Source of the DNA: Octopus bimaculoides
Taxonomy: Eukaryota
Direction: 5' to 3'
DNA: 50,999 nucleotides
NCBI RefSeq assembly: GCF_001194135.2
Contig: NC_068993.1
Span: 61,140,188-61,191,186, forward strand
The notes beneath the pieces are model-generated. The model was not told where the DNA came from. It ran no database searches and saw nothing but the letters and a program-made list of their open reading frames with translations. This document shows, piece after piece, positions 1 through 12,734 of the stretch; the stretch's first letter is position 1; every line of letters begins with the position of its first letter. The position numbers were made by a program, and so were the translations under genes.

Positions 1-100
1 TGTGTGTGTGTGTGTGTGTGTGTGTGTATGCATGTCTATATATGCATGTTTGCATACTCGCACAGACACAAATACAACATTCATATGTATATATATACAC

Positions 101-318
101 GCGTACCCTTAACGTAGTCCTCAAGGAGCTTCAGTGTGACACAGAATGTTACAAAGCTGGCCCTTTTTGAATTACAGGTACAACTCATTTTTGCTAGATG
201 AGTGCACTGAAGCAACGAGAAATAAAATGTTTTCCTCAAGGACACAATGCGCCGCCGGGGCTCGAACTCACGACCTTACGATTGTGAGCCGAATACCGTA
301 ACCACTAAGCCACGCACC
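101..318 (-). mobile_element. tRNA-derived SINE: family D head and CORE-like body with the 3' segment shared with family B
   Basis: The reverse complement begins GGTGCGTGGCTTAGTGGT (A box) ... GAGTTCGAGCC (B box), then gtgtccttgaggaaaacatt. The left part (cgtagtcctcaaggagcttcagtgtgacacag...gctggccc) matches 38586-38650. Confidence 0.85.
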
Positions 319-659
319 TTCACTTCCATCACTACAAGCGATGCTACCGCCATTACTAGTACCCCACCCATCTCTACCACCACTGTCACTACCATTGTTA
401 CTACCACCACCAAAACCACCACCACCATTACCGATACTACCACCGCCACCGCCGTAACCCTCATCGATACTACTACGACCACTACCACAACCATTTATAC
501 CACTGTAACCATTACCACCATCACCATTCCTTACAAAAACGAAAAACTGTTGAGCTTTAGTGAGAGGCGATGTATCAAGTTGCTTTCATCTTAATCGAAG
601 GTCTTTAAAAAAAAGCCAGAAAAACTCGTAATGAATAGGTAGGTATTGAAATTAAATTG

Positions 660-740
660 ACTAAAAACCTTCAAGGTGGTGCTCCAGCATGGCTGCAGTC
701 CAATGACTAAACCAGATAAAAGATAAAACAAAAGATGAAA
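660..740 (+). mobile_element. SINE family C 3' tail fragment
   Basis: ccttcaaggtggtgctccagcatggctgcagtccaatgact...taaaagataaa matches the tails at 4048-4109 and 19495-19567. Confidence 0.8.
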
Positions 741-1892
741 CTAAAAAGGGACAAATCTGTTCAGAGAGTGAGTGGGGGAGCAAGGGACTTATGCCCAGAT
801 CAACCGTGATCGTGAGCATCGTCAATCAAAACGTTCCAGGCATGACCATCTCATCTTATTCTCAAATAACATGGCAGTAGGCCAACCATTTTAGTGGGGG
901 GGGGGNNNNNNNNNNNNNNNNNNNNNNNNNNNNNNNNNNNNNNNNNNNNNNNNNNNNNNNNNNNNNNNNNNNNNNNNNNNNNNNNNNNNNNNNNNNNNNN
1001 NNNNNNNNNNNNNNNNNNNNNNNNNNNNNNNNNNNNNNNNNNNNNNNNNNNNNNNNNNNNNNNNNNNNNNNNNNNNNNNNNNNNNNNNNNNNNNNNNNNN
1101 NNNNNNNNNNNNNNNNNNNNNNNNNNNNNNNNNNNNNNNNNNNNNNNNNNNNNNNNNNNNNNNNNNNNNNNNNNNNNNNNNNNNNNNNNNNNNNNNNNNN
1201 NNNNNNNNNNNNNNNNNNNNNNNNNNNNNNNNNNNNNNNNNNNNNNNNNNNNNNNNNNNNNNNNNNNNNNNNNNNNNNNNNNNNNNNNNNNNNNNNNNNN
1301 NNNNNNNNNNNNNNNNNNNNNNNNNNNNNNNNNNNNNNGGTGGTGGTGGTGGAGGCGACGATGGTGGAGGTGGTGGTGGTGGTGGTGGTGGCAGCGGCAG
1401 TGATAGTGGTGGCGGTGGTGGCGGTGGTAGAAGCAATGGTAATCCTAATGGTATGGCACTGACCGTGCTACAGGACGTGATAACAAGAATATTGGGAATA
1501 ATAGCAGTTGTAGTAATGGGAGGAGGAATAAGGAGGAGGGGGAGCATGAAGGAGATGACGATGATGATGACGATGATGATGATGATGATGATGACGATGA
1601 CGATGATGACGGTGGTGAAGATTTTCCTGGATTTTCATGAATTATGAAAAATAAACTATAAAATATCTATGCAGTGTGTTCACCACTGCAAGTAATGCAC
1701 GCACACATACACACGCGTGCACACGCCTACATTCACACACACACACAAAACATACATACAGACACACATACAGTGACACAGGTGTGTATCTAACACACTT
1801 CTAATCCATGTATACACATATACACACACGTGAAAGCGATATACGCATAATCATAAATTACCCGTATAGCGTGTGCTAAATATACATAAAAA

Positions 1893-1937
<45 letters not shown>

Positions 1938-2521
1938 ACTTACATACAAAGCTACAGACAGTTATACACTCGTCCTTATAATATACACTATACCTTATAC
2001 ACCCGTATATATATATGCACACATAAACGCATACACACACACAAATACTGTGTATATACTACACACATAAACCCTATAGAAACCAACACAAAAGCACAAA
2101 TATACACCCACACATTTTAAGTTAAACACACACCCGTCTACACACAGGATCTACACCAACCGCACACACGCGCTCCACATATAAACACACTGTACACACA
2201 CGTACACACATACATATATATACATTACACACACGTGCATATACACCATTGCACACACACGTTTCCATAAACACACTCTGCACATATATACATACACACA
2301 CACTAGACATATACATACACTACAGACACCCGGCCCATACACACATATATATACACACACTATACACACATCAAAGATTAAAAACGGCTCACTTCAAACC
2401 CCTGTATGTTTATATTTTCAATGTAACAGTTGACTTTTCGCTCCATAAATTAAAAATCTCTCACTAAAAAACCATAGAAAAACAACAACAAATAAACTAT
2501 TTTCTAACAATTTTAATTAGC

Positions 2522-2571
<50 letters not shown>

Positions 2572-3767
2572 TGATGATGATGATGATGATGATGATAATA
2601 AAACTAGAGGGACCTCGTTTATGTAGTGATTTAGTTAATGTGTGCCAATGGTGTTGGGGCTGCTGTTGTCTTTGNNNNNNNNNNNNNNNNNNNNNNNNNN
2701 NNNNNNNNNNNNNNNNNNNNNNNNNNNNNNNNNNNNNNNNNNNNNNNNNNNNNNNNNNNNNNNNNNNNNNNNNNNNNNNNNNNNNNNNNNNGGCGGCGGT
2801 GGTGGTGGTGGCGGTGGTGCCTGTTGATGCGGAGTCAGTGTCGGCGGCGGCGGTGTTGGCTGTTGTTGTTGTTGTTGTTGTGATAGTGATTGGGATTTCG
2901 TAGCTGTGGTTGTTGTTGTTGTTGTATTTATTCCTGTTGCTGTTGTTCCTGTTGTTGTGTGTTATCGATGTTGGTGTGATTGTTGTTGTTGTCGTTATTT
3001 TTGTTATTTCTTTTATTATTATTATTATTGTCGTTACTGACATTTCTGTTTGTTATTGTTGTTGGGGGGGTGGGGTGATAGCGGTGGTGGCTGCTGCTGC
3101 TGCTGCTGTTGTTCTTGTTGTTGTTGTTGTTGTTGCAGCTAACTTTATTTTTGCTTTAGCTTCCAGTTTTTCTTCTTTTTTTTTTCGTTTCGTTTTCTAT
3201 TCTTTCATAAACTATTCCAAAAAATTATCTTTTGTGTATTCACCCGAGATTAAATAATGACGAACTTCCAGCAAAAATGTTTTTCTTTGTTATGTATGTC
3301 TTTGCTTTGATTTTTTGACTTTTAATTTTTAATTGCAGTTTTTTTGTTTTTTCTCCAGTTTTTGTAGGGGTTATGTGTGTATGGAGGAGGGAGGCAGTTC
3401 GTTGCTTTTATTCTACATGGAGTTTAAAATTATTTAGCTTGTTAAAGTTATGGCGGTGATAGTCTTATGTGTTTTTCCTATGTGTTTTAATGTTTTTTTA
3501 TCTTCTGCTTACTCAGGCAGGGTACTGTTTTAGGAAGCTTTTGAGAGAAAGAAAAATATATGTTACCTTATAGATTCACGGGCAAATCATGATAATTATG
3601 GATTGGGAGAAACGGTTGAGCGACTCGGAATTACGTCCCTTTATACTCTGAGTTCAAACTAAGCTAAACTGAACTTAGAACAGCAGATTTCCGTAGATTT
3701 TGCGTGAATGAAAAGCTCAGAAAGCTGGGTCTCAGTTGTTACAAAATACTTGTGAGGTTCATAAAAC

Positions 3768-4047
3768 CATAGGTTCTCAAAGTAGGCGCTACTGCCCCTC
3801 GGTAGGCGTTGAGAGGATCCAGGTGGGCGCTGGTGCCTAAGGGGGCGGTAGAGAAAAAGGGGGCGTTGGGAGAAAGGCAGTGAATTGGGGACGATATGAA
3901 TTTATTATAATATTGTTATAGTATTGTATACAAATGATATAATATTATATTAAATATTAAATGATTCACAGTATATATAAATTAGTAAAGTATAAAATAG
4001 TTACTTATACATAAAAAAATTATGGGTGAGGGCGCTGAGGGTATTAT
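3768..4047 (+). mobile_element. Probable hAT/Charlie-type MITE remnant with the right end lost
   Basis: It starts cataggttctcaaagtaggcgctactgcccc, resembling the CAGGGGTTCTCAAA-type terminus of hAT MITEs. It has GC-rich subterminal gggggcg motifs, an AT-rich core and gggcgctga near the far end. No second TIR is seen. Confidence 0.45.
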
Positions 4048-4109
4048 ATTCTTCAAGGTGGTGCCCCAGCATGGCCGCAGTCTAATGACTGAAACAAGTA
4101 AAAGATAAA
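4048..4109 (+). mobile_element. SINE family C 3' tail fragment
   Basis: ttcttcaaggtggtgccccagcatggccgcagtctaatgactgaaacaagtaaaagataaa, near-identical to 19495-19550. Confidence 0.85.
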
Positions 4110-5255
4110 TGCTAGGAGAGTTAATGAGAAATGAAATCTGCCAACCGAGGATCGAACCTACATCATAGCTTCGACTCTCATCCTCTAAGCCTTGCCATAT
4201 ATCACACTAACATTCTCCTTACATGTCTCTTCCAATCGTTATTTAATATTTCATTCCTTTACCTTCTCTTCTCACAACATACACAAAATAGCGCCGGCGG
4301 CCATCTTTCTTGCAGTCGTCCTTTCGAAATATTCCATTATTCATCTATCATTCCACCTTCTTAGCCGTTTTTCCTCTTCCCTGTTTATCATTCAATCATT
4401 CATTCCTCCTTTTCATCATCATCATCATCATCGTCGTCGTCGTCGTCACTGTCATCGCCGTATTTGTCGTCGTTGTTTTCTTCGTTTTCTTAGACTTCTT
4501 CATCATCTTTATACTCTTCTGTTTTCATCTTTCTTCTTCGTCATCTTTTATTGTCTTATATTTTTTTCAAATTTTCCTTCATTGTCCTCATCTTCTTCAT
4601 CTATTTCTTTCCCATTTCCTTCTTCATCTTCTACTCCGTCTTATCCACCATCTTCTTTCATCGTCTTCATCTTCATCTCATTTTGCTTTGGGGTTTTTCT
4701 TCTATTTTCTTCATCGTTTTCTCATTCTCATTTTTTCTCTTTTATTATGTTTTCTTCTTCATCGGCAAAGCTCATTCTTTTCCTACTTTGTTTTACTTAG
4801 TTGTACTTTTTTTACATTCATTTTCATATTTTAGAAAGAAAACACACACAAACAACATATAGGCACCAATAAGCAGTAACACCAATAAAAACACACACGC
4901 ATGCGCACACACAGACTAGCCAACTTTTATCATTCAATCATCCATATTTTCTGCCTTTCTTGTAGCAATTTTTCATTCAGTTCTTCCTTCAATTTATCCC
5001 TTTGTATCTATCTATTACTTCATTTCACACTCTACCAGGAGCCATTTCTCTCTCTCTCTCTTTCTCTCTCGCCCTCTCTCCTTGTCTCTACATAGATAAT
5101 ACATATACACGCACGTACATATATGTGTATATATGCGTATATATGTGTCCCATAGAGTGATCGTGTGAGAAACAGCACTTAAGGTTAGAGTTAAGTAGAT
5201 ATATATATATATATATGTATATGTATATATTCGCCACTGTATATATATATATATA

Positions 5256-5306
<51 letters not shown>

Positions 5307-5624
5307 GTCCGCCACTGTATATATATGTATATATATATATATATATANNNNNNNNNNNNNNNNNNNNNNNNNNNNNNNNNNNNNNNNNNNNNNNNNNNNN
5401 NNNNNNNNNNNNNNNNNNNNNNNNNNNNNNNNNNNNNNNNNNNNNNNNNNNNNNNNNNNNNNNNNNNNNNNNNNNNNNNNNNNNNNNNNNNNNNNNNNNN
5501 NNNNNNNNNNNNNNNNNNNNNNNNNNNNNNNNNNNNNNNNNNNNNNNNNNNNNNNNNNNNNNNNNNNNNNNNNNNNNNNNNNNNNNNTATATACCAAATA
5601 ATAAGAAGACAAAAAATTTTTAAC

Positions 5625-5787
5625 ACACGACCATCTTCTTTCAGTTTCCGTTTACCAAATCCACTCACAAAGCTCTGCTCGGCCCTGGTTTATAGAAGAA
5701 GACATTTTCACAAGATGCCATACAGTGGGACTGAACCTGGAACCAGGTGGTTGAGAAATAAACTTCTTTCCACACAACCACTCCTGC
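5625..5787 (-). mobile_element. SINE family C 5' half
   Basis: The reverse complement gcaggagtggttgtgtggaaagaag...ggttcagtcccactgtatggcatcttg...gagtggatttggtaaacggaaactgaaagaag aligns by eye to 37471-37625. Confidence 0.85.
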
Positions 5788-7327
5788 AAATCAATGCGTA
5801 GAATATATTTAGTGTGAGGATGCAGAAATATGAACGTTTGTTTGGATACAAGTATATGCGACGGGTTGAAGGTCATACGAGTTTTCCCTTGCGAGGATAA
5901 AAGCAGACGGTGGAACAGAGAAAACGAGAGATAACGATTGAAACCTTGGAGACAAACGAAACTTATTGAGATAAACAGGAAGTGAAAAAGCAAAGGTATA
6001 TAATTGTAGTTTTAATTACCAGGTAATTAATTTATCTGCAGTAAATTTGTATTCATGAACGAGAGAGTGTATATTGGTGTGTGAGAACGAATATGCGTCA
6101 GTTTATGGACCGGCATGCATATAGTACTTATGTGGAAGCTTAAGTGTTTCCGTGTACATACATATATAAATATATATAGATACATATACATACATATATA
6201 TCTATATATACATATGTATACATATATATATATATATATATATATANNNNNNNNNNNNNNNNNNNNNNNNNNNNNNNNNNNNNNNNNNNNNNNNNNNNNN
6301 NNNNNNNNNNNNNNNNNNNNNNNNNNNNNNNNNNNNNNNNNNNNNNNNNNNNNNNNNNNNNNNNNNNNNNNNNNNNNNNNNNNNNNNNNNNNNNNNNNNN
6401 NNNNNNNNNNNNNNNNNNNNNNNNNNNNNNNNNNNNNNNNNNNNNNNNNNNNNNNNNNNNNNNNNNNNNNNNNNNNNNNNNNNNNNNNNNNNNNNNNNNN
6501 NNNNNNNNNNNNNNNNNNNNNNNNNNNNNNNNNNNNNNNNNNNNNNNNNNNNNNNNNNNNNNNNNNNNNNNNNNNNNNNNNNNNNNNNNNNNNNNNNNNN
6601 NNNNNNNNNNNNNNNNNNNNNNNNNNNNNNNNNNNNNNNNNNNNNNNNNNNNNNNNNNNNNNNNNNNNNNNNNNNNNNNNNNNNNNNNNNNNNNNNNNNN
6701 NNNNNNNNNNNNNNNNNNNNNNNNNNNNNNNNNNNNNNNNNNNNNNNNNNNNNNNNNNNNNNACACACACACACACACACAGAGACTGTACCTATGTAGC
6801 TGTAAGCACCTTCAATGCACAAAGCAATAAACAGCCTCCGGCATACTTTCGCCTTCATTGGCGCTAAGGACGAAGTATACAGCTGCGTCGTAGCTTAGCA
6901 AAAAAAGAAAAAGGTAGCGAACAAACCGCCATAAAAAACAAAACAAAAAAAATGTATTTTTTCGGCGAAAAAAAAAGAAGAAGAAAATTGTTTAGAAATG
7001 AAAAAAACTTCTGGGACACCTTGCACAGGTAAAATAAACAAATAAATAAGAATTATATATTCTGTCCCCAAATATATTCTTGAGACTCATGGCTCGCTTT
7101 GCTGTCCTTTTGTATTATCCTTCCCTCTCACTCTTTCACGTATTCATTCCCTGTCTTTCGTTCTTCACATATTTTCCTTCTTTTATTCCTTCATTCCCTT
7201 AATCTGTCTTCTAGTCTTTTCTATTTTGTTTTTTATTCAATCACTGTTTTTGCCTTTCTTCTTCGCTTCTTCGCTGTATTTCTTACTCTGCTTTATGGAT
7301 GTTTTTTCTCTCTCTCTCCCTCCCTCA

Positions 7328-7373
<46 letters not shown>

Positions 7374-7383
7374 NNNNNNNNNN

Positions 7384-7422
<39 letters not shown>

Positions 7423-7639
7423 TCTCTCTCTTTTTTTCTCTTTCTCTCTCCCATCCTTTCTTACTATATATTTTCCCCACCACCCTGCCCTCCTCTCATG
7501 CGTATTTCTTCCAATTAATTATTAACACTTTTTTAAAAATTATTTCCTCTTCTCTTACCCCATTTTGCATCATTTTTCCAGCCCCAACATCATCACAAAC
7601 AATGATACCAGCACCCCACCTCCACCCCACCCCAACTAA

Positions 7640-8330
7640 TTCCACCCCCGCTAATTCCACTGAAGAAACAATGTGTTGCTTGGAGTCTGATTCCGTCTCA
7701 AACCTCAGGTGGATAAGAACTAAGTGACCAGTCACATCCAGAAATTGACTGGGAAAAATCTATTTCTGAAAAGTCGAGGAGCGCCAGAGAGTTCGTGTAT
7801 AGATCTCCTGCCTAATACCCAGTTTTCATTGGGTAAAATTGAAGCGTTTGCGCATTCGCTTTTGTAGAATATGGGCGCACCAGTTGTATGGTAGTTCATT
7901 ACTGTCCACGGCTCTAGGCAAAAGTCTCACTATGCTGTGAATATTGATGCACAGAGTTAAGAAGAATCTAAAAACAATTGCTGGTCAGTGAGTAGCTGTG
8001 GTCAATGCAACTCTATAGAATACTAAAACTTCCATTTTAGTATTATGTACAGGCATAGTAGTGAGGAAGAGTCACAAACTTTTCGGAAAAACTCTCCAAA
8101 TCGGCAAGAATCAACTAGACTGGTTTCTCCGTTCCGGGAACTATTGAGTTTCTGGAAATCCATCGATGCATTGCTGCTTTGAGACAAACGTTACAGGATC
8201 GGAACTGCCATCAGCCGGGTTTAATCAAAATGCGGACAGAGTACGTGTTCAGTGTCCAAACATCGTAGACTTGAGGAGTTCTGTCGAACAGCTGTTTGTA
8301 TATCGGGCAGAAAAGTCCGAGTCATCTTAA
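7640..8330 (-). mobile_element. Decayed RTE-clade (BovB-like) LINE, region downstream of the RT core
   Basis: Manual minus-strand translation across frames gives SSNASMD..FGEFFRKV, TKMEVLVFYRVALTT, ILQKRMRKRF and HLRFE. These follow the order of the RTE ORF C-terminal motifs (S.NA.+D.E, FG.L..+V, TK+.VY+A.+LTT, LRW.GH, LR+KD). Many stops and frameshifts. Confidence 0.65.
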
Positions 8331-8404
8331 AGGTTACTCCGCCACCTTCCTTTCTCTGGCAAGAGCAGTTAGTTTTTCTTTCTATTAGTTATAGTGAGAG
8401 GTGT

Positions 8405-8740
8405 GTGGAGGCGCAATGGCCTCGCGGTCATAGGATCGCGGTTTCGATTCCCAGACCGGGCGTTGTCAGTGTTTATTGAGCGAAAACACCTAAAGCTCCA
8501 CGAGGCTCCGGCGGGGGATGGTGGCGAACCCTGCTGTACTCTTTCACCACAACTTCCTCTCACTCTTACTTCCTGTTTCTGTTGTGCCTGTAATTCAAAT
8601 GGTTAGCCTTTGCAGAATTGCTAACACTTTGCCGATCATCCCTTTCGGGGTCGATAAAATAAGGACCAACTGAGCACGGGGGTCGATGTAATTGATCTTC
8701 CCCTTGCCTAGGAAATTGCTGGCCTTGTGCCTATTGTAGA

Positions 8741-8745
<5 letters not shown>
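8405..8745 (+). mobile_element. Chimeric SINE: family B 5' part (8405-~8610) joined to a family A 3' part (~8638-8745), ending in (AGT)n
   Basis: 8405-8610 matches the reverse complement of 38640-38844, with an internal deletion of about 20 nt removing the A box. 8638-8745 (ccctttcggggtcgataaaataagg...gctggccttgtgcc) matches family A copies such as 16730-16825. Confidence 0.85.
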
Positions 8746-8776
<31 letters not shown>

Positions 8777-9786
8777 CAGTATGAGGAGGTAAACAGGGAA
8801 AGTAGGAGGAGAAGCAGTAAAAATATTAACGTTAAGATTATCAATATTATCACCACCACCTTCATCATCATCTTTGTCAACATCATTATTATTATTATTA
8901 TTATCATCATCACCATCATCATCTCCTACTTGCTTCCAGTCCCTCAATATTAACTCATCTCCCCAATCCATCATTACCTCGTTTTCTTCTTTCTTAAAAA
9001 AAAACATCTTTACTTTCCCTTTCATTTTCGGTTGTTTTATAATTTTTTTTAGCCTTTCGTTATTATTATCATCATTATTATTATTATTATTTGATTCTTT
9101 CACATCCCATTTCTTTCTTCTTCCATTTTTTCCTCCATTTTCTTTTTGCTTTTTTTTTCGTCTTCCTCTCTTCGTTTATTTATCATTTTCTTCACACACC
9201 CCTCCCCCTTAATACTCCGCTATTCCGCCTCCTGCACTATCCTCCAGTCATTACATCAATATCATAACGATGAAATAGGCTTAGAAAATCCGTTAGCTTC
9301 TCCACGACTCACACATACACNNNNNNNNNNNNNNNNNNNNNNNNNNNNNNNNNNNNNNNNNNNNNNNNNNNNNNNNNNNNNNNNNNNNNNNNNNNNNNNN
9401 NNNNNNNNNNNNNNNNNNNNNNNNNNNNNNNNNNNNNNNNNNNNNNNNNNNNNNNNNNNNNNNNNNNNNNNNNNNNNNNNNNNNNNNNNNNNNNNNNNNN
9501 NNNNNNNNNNNNNNNNNNNNNNNNNNNNNNNNNNNNNNNNNNNNNNNNNNNNNNNNNNNNNNNNNNNNNNNNNNNNNNNNNNNNNNNNNNNNNNNNNNNN
9601 NNNNNNNNNNNNNNNNNNNNNNNNNNNNNNNNNNNNNNNNNNNNNNNNNNNNNNNNNNNNNNNNNNNNNNNNNNNNNNNNNNNNNNNNNNNNNNNNNNNN
9701 NNNNNNNNNNNNNNNNNNNNNNNNNNNNNNNNNNNNNNNNNNNNNNNNNNNNNNNNNNNNNNNNNNNNNNNNNNNNNNNNNNNNNN

Positions 9787-9838
<52 letters not shown>

Positions 9839-10085
9839 TAAATACTTATATACATATATATAAGCCTATATATATACATATATATACATATACATATATA
9901 TACGTATGTGTGTGTGTGAGTGTATGGATGTATATAAATATATACATATATTCTTATATAGACGCATATCTACACATATACCTTATCTTGATTTTTAATG
10001 TATATATAACACGCATGCACGCGTATACTAATCCAAGGACGTATTCATGGCCCCATATGTGTGTCTGTGTGGGGGGGTGGCTTAC

Positions 10086-10117
<32 letters not shown>

Positions 10118-10624
10118 ATACAACTTACGTACATTCTCCTATACACATACACAAACCTGCTGAAAGCATACGCTATTAAATAGAGGAATATATACGATAA
10201 ATGTGTGTATATGTGCGTTATAGAGTTTATGCATTGAGTACTCTTTTCTTTTGTTTTTAAGCAAAATCGTTCATGTGGGTGTATGTATCTGTGTATGTCT
10301 GTGTCTATTTTTGTGTGTATGTGTGCGTAATTTGTGTGTGTATGTGTGCGTAATTTGTGTGTGTAAAGCGAAAATATCAAAGCCTAACGTATATTGAAAC
10401 AACTCTCTTTTCTCTTGTCTTATTATAAGTGAAATATCTTCCAAATGGAAGCAGCAGCAGCAGCAGTAGCAGAATTGGGAGACAGTTAGCGAATATGAGC
10501 GAAAATACTGCTGCCGTTTCTATGATGCGACAAAATGGATTCTGAGACAATATTGGAGATTCGAAGATAGCGAGAGATTAAGATAGTTAGAAGAGACACG
10601 AAAGGATGAGAGGACCTGGGTATT

Positions 10625-11215
10625 GACAGTAGACTGGCTGTCTGGTAAACAGGCTTAACGTTCAACTGGCGAACCGGTAAGAAGGTTCGTAAACAGGCAG
10701 GTTATTAGGGAACTGGTGAATTAACAGAAACTAGTAAACAGGGAGATATTAGTAAACGTATAAACAGACAGAGAAGTATACTGACAGACGTGTAAACAAG
10801 CAGAATGGTTAATCGGTAGATTGGTAAACTGATAGATCGGTAAAAGGCAGGCAGGCAGACTGGTTGACGTGTAAACTGGTAGACGGGTAAAAAGCCAGGG
10901 TGATAAACTAATATATTGGTAAGCTAGCAAATATATATATACACGTAGACCGATAAAATTGTGATCTGTAAAGTGAGAGACTGGTAAACAGACAGATAGT
11001 TTAACTGGTAGACTGGTTAACGGACGGGTAAATCAACTGAAAGACTGGCTAACGAACGGTTAGATCAACTGGTAGATTGGTAAAGAGGGATAGATAAACT
11101 GGTTAACAGAGAGATACGTTAACTGATTGGCTGATAAACAGTCCGATTGATGAACTGGTTGTCTAATAAACAGATAGATCGATTAACTGGGAGATTGGTT
11201 AAGAGACTTGGAAGG
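10625..11215. repeat. Cryptic purine-rich degenerate repeat built from ACTG/GTAA/GTAG/ACAG 4-mers
   Basis: Recurrent aactggtagac, ctggtaaacag, ggttaac and gatagat units over about 600 bp, with no perfect array. Confidence 0.75.
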
Positions 11216-11441
11216 GTAATACTCATCACAGTAGCAGAAAGCTATGCCTGGCTACACATCCCACAAGCTAGGGAATGCCAGCAACACTGACATGAATAGA
11301 GCTTCTCCTACATTTGTGATGAGTACAAAACCTCTTACTGAAATAGGCTACACCTTTGCTATAGAAGACCAGACGATAACTAGATCTACAAAAGAGATAA
11401 GGATGTCTCTAAACCTCCACGTTGAGAAAGTTTCCATTGTG

Positions 11442-11586
11442 TCATACCAGTGTAGAATGGCTCGTATAAGCAGCGGCTGTCCAAAAGTGTTCATAATATA
11501 CTACCGACATGACGTTGTCGCATTGACGGTCAACGATGTCATACGCAGCAAGGATTGTCCTGCTGGCCAGACTAAAGGCGCTCTGC
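11442..11586 (-). CDS. Candidate terminal coding exon of an unknown small protein (hypothetical)
   Basis: Acceptor tatttctgattcAG|G at 11588-11587. The open frame QSAFSLASRTILAAYDIVDRQCDNVMSVVYYEHFWTAAAYTSHSTLV ends at TGA 11444-11442 and is phase-compatible with the candidate exon at 15616-15896. No homology recognised. Confidence 0.25.
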
Positions 11587-11932
11587 CTGAATCAGAAATA
11601 TCCACACTTTTTGAGGGACCGTCATTGGTTAAACAATATCTATTTATGCACAACATGACGTAATTCAGAAAAACGTAAACAAAATTTAAATGTTATAAAG
11701 CCTCACTAGACACACACACACACACACACAATGTGTATGTGTGTGTGTGAGTGTGTGTGTTATGAGGATGTAAATATTATAAGCATCGAATCTGGATAAA
11801 CAGCTTTAGATTCAAGCCTACGAATAAGCTGATCAGATGAAGCTTATATAGATTGCCAGAAGCTACCAAAAGATGTTCTGCGAATGATGGACATATTATA
11901 GCATAATATAAATAATATAGGCCTTTATACAG

Positions 11933-12035
<103 letters not shown>

Positions 12036-12160
12036 TATGTATACACAAACACATTGTGTGTGTGTGTGTGCGTGTGTATGTGTAAAACTTCATCAGGGCA
12101 GCCCAATCATTACTTTTAACTGTGAAGCTTTGTCGACGGACACCAAAGCAGGCATTGGCC

Positions 12161-12210
12161 TGACCTGATGAACTCTATAGAGTTGACCTATGACTAATGA
12201 CCTTTGACAC
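12161..12210. promoter_or_regulatory. Cluster of six nuclear-receptor half-sites (DR2, ER6-like, chained DR1s)
   Basis: TGACCT-ga-TGAACT (12161-12174), TGAACT-ctatag-AGTTGA (12169-12186), TGACCT-a-TGACTA-a-TGACCT-t-TGACAC (12184-12210). Motif match only; function untested. Confidence 0.35.
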
Positions 12211-12351
12211 CGTTATGTCGTTGCTCAAGTGAATCAGCAAAAGAAGAAGCAGAGCTTTTGATCATACTAAAGACGATGTGCAACGGTTTCCTTCACGGTG
12301 CCGCTATATGCTCCAGTAATGGCACGACCTCTGCACCGATGTCAACCAATC

Positions 12352-12525
12352 GATAGGTCGATTACGTCGATCCCAGTGCATAACTGGTACTTATTTGATC
12401 GACACCGAAAGCTGTAAAAGGCAAAATTGACCTCGGCGGAATTTGAACTTAGAACATAAAAACGGACAAAATACCGTTAAGTGCTTTGTCCGGTATGCTA
12501 AAGATTCTGCCTGCTCACCACCTTT
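12352..12525 (-). mobile_element. SINE family A, 3'-truncated
   Basis: The reverse complement aaaggtggtgagcaggcagaatctttagc...ttctaagttcaaattccgccgaggtcaattttgcc...aagtaccag matches 20001-20206. Confidence 0.9.
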
Positions 12526-12544
12526 ACACAGTCTAATGATATCC

Positions 12545-12734
12545 TTTTCTACTCTAGGCAAAAGGCCTGAAATTTTGGGGGAGGGGACCAGTCGATTAGG
12601 TCGACCCCACTACGCAACTGGTACTTAATTTATTGACCCCGAAAGGATGAAAGGCAAAGTCAACCTCGGCGAAATTTGAACTCAGAACATAAAGACAGAC
12701 GAAATACCACTAATCATTTCACCCGGTGTGCTAA
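12545..12734 (-). mobile_element. SINE family A, extreme 5' end missing
   Basis: It contains aactggtacttaatttattgaccccgaaaggatgaaaggcaaagtcaacctcggcgaaatttgaactcagaa, the family A core in reverse. Confidence 0.92.

Noticed and set aside
4192-4862. Overlapping 100-200 aa F/S/L/I-rich ORFs (likewise 7099-7727 and 8874-9212)
   Set aside because: These are pyrimidine-rich low-complexity tracts of degenerate TTC/TCA repeats that are open in several frames at once.
7868-7987. Plus-strand 120-nt AG...GTGAGT exon-like segment
   Set aside because: It has stops in all three frames and lies inside the antisense RTE fragment.
12165-12190. CTGATGA followed by a perfect hairpin (possible hammerhead)
   Set aside because: There is no GAAA after the stem (it reads TGAC) and no stem I or III.
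12595-12640. Recurrent semi-palindromic blocks (gtcgat...atcgac, ccagt...actgg) at several loci that could suggest a CRISPR-like array
   Set aside because: They are internal parts of dispersed SINE-A copies, with no regular repeat-spacer periodicity and no cas genes, in eukaryotic DNA.
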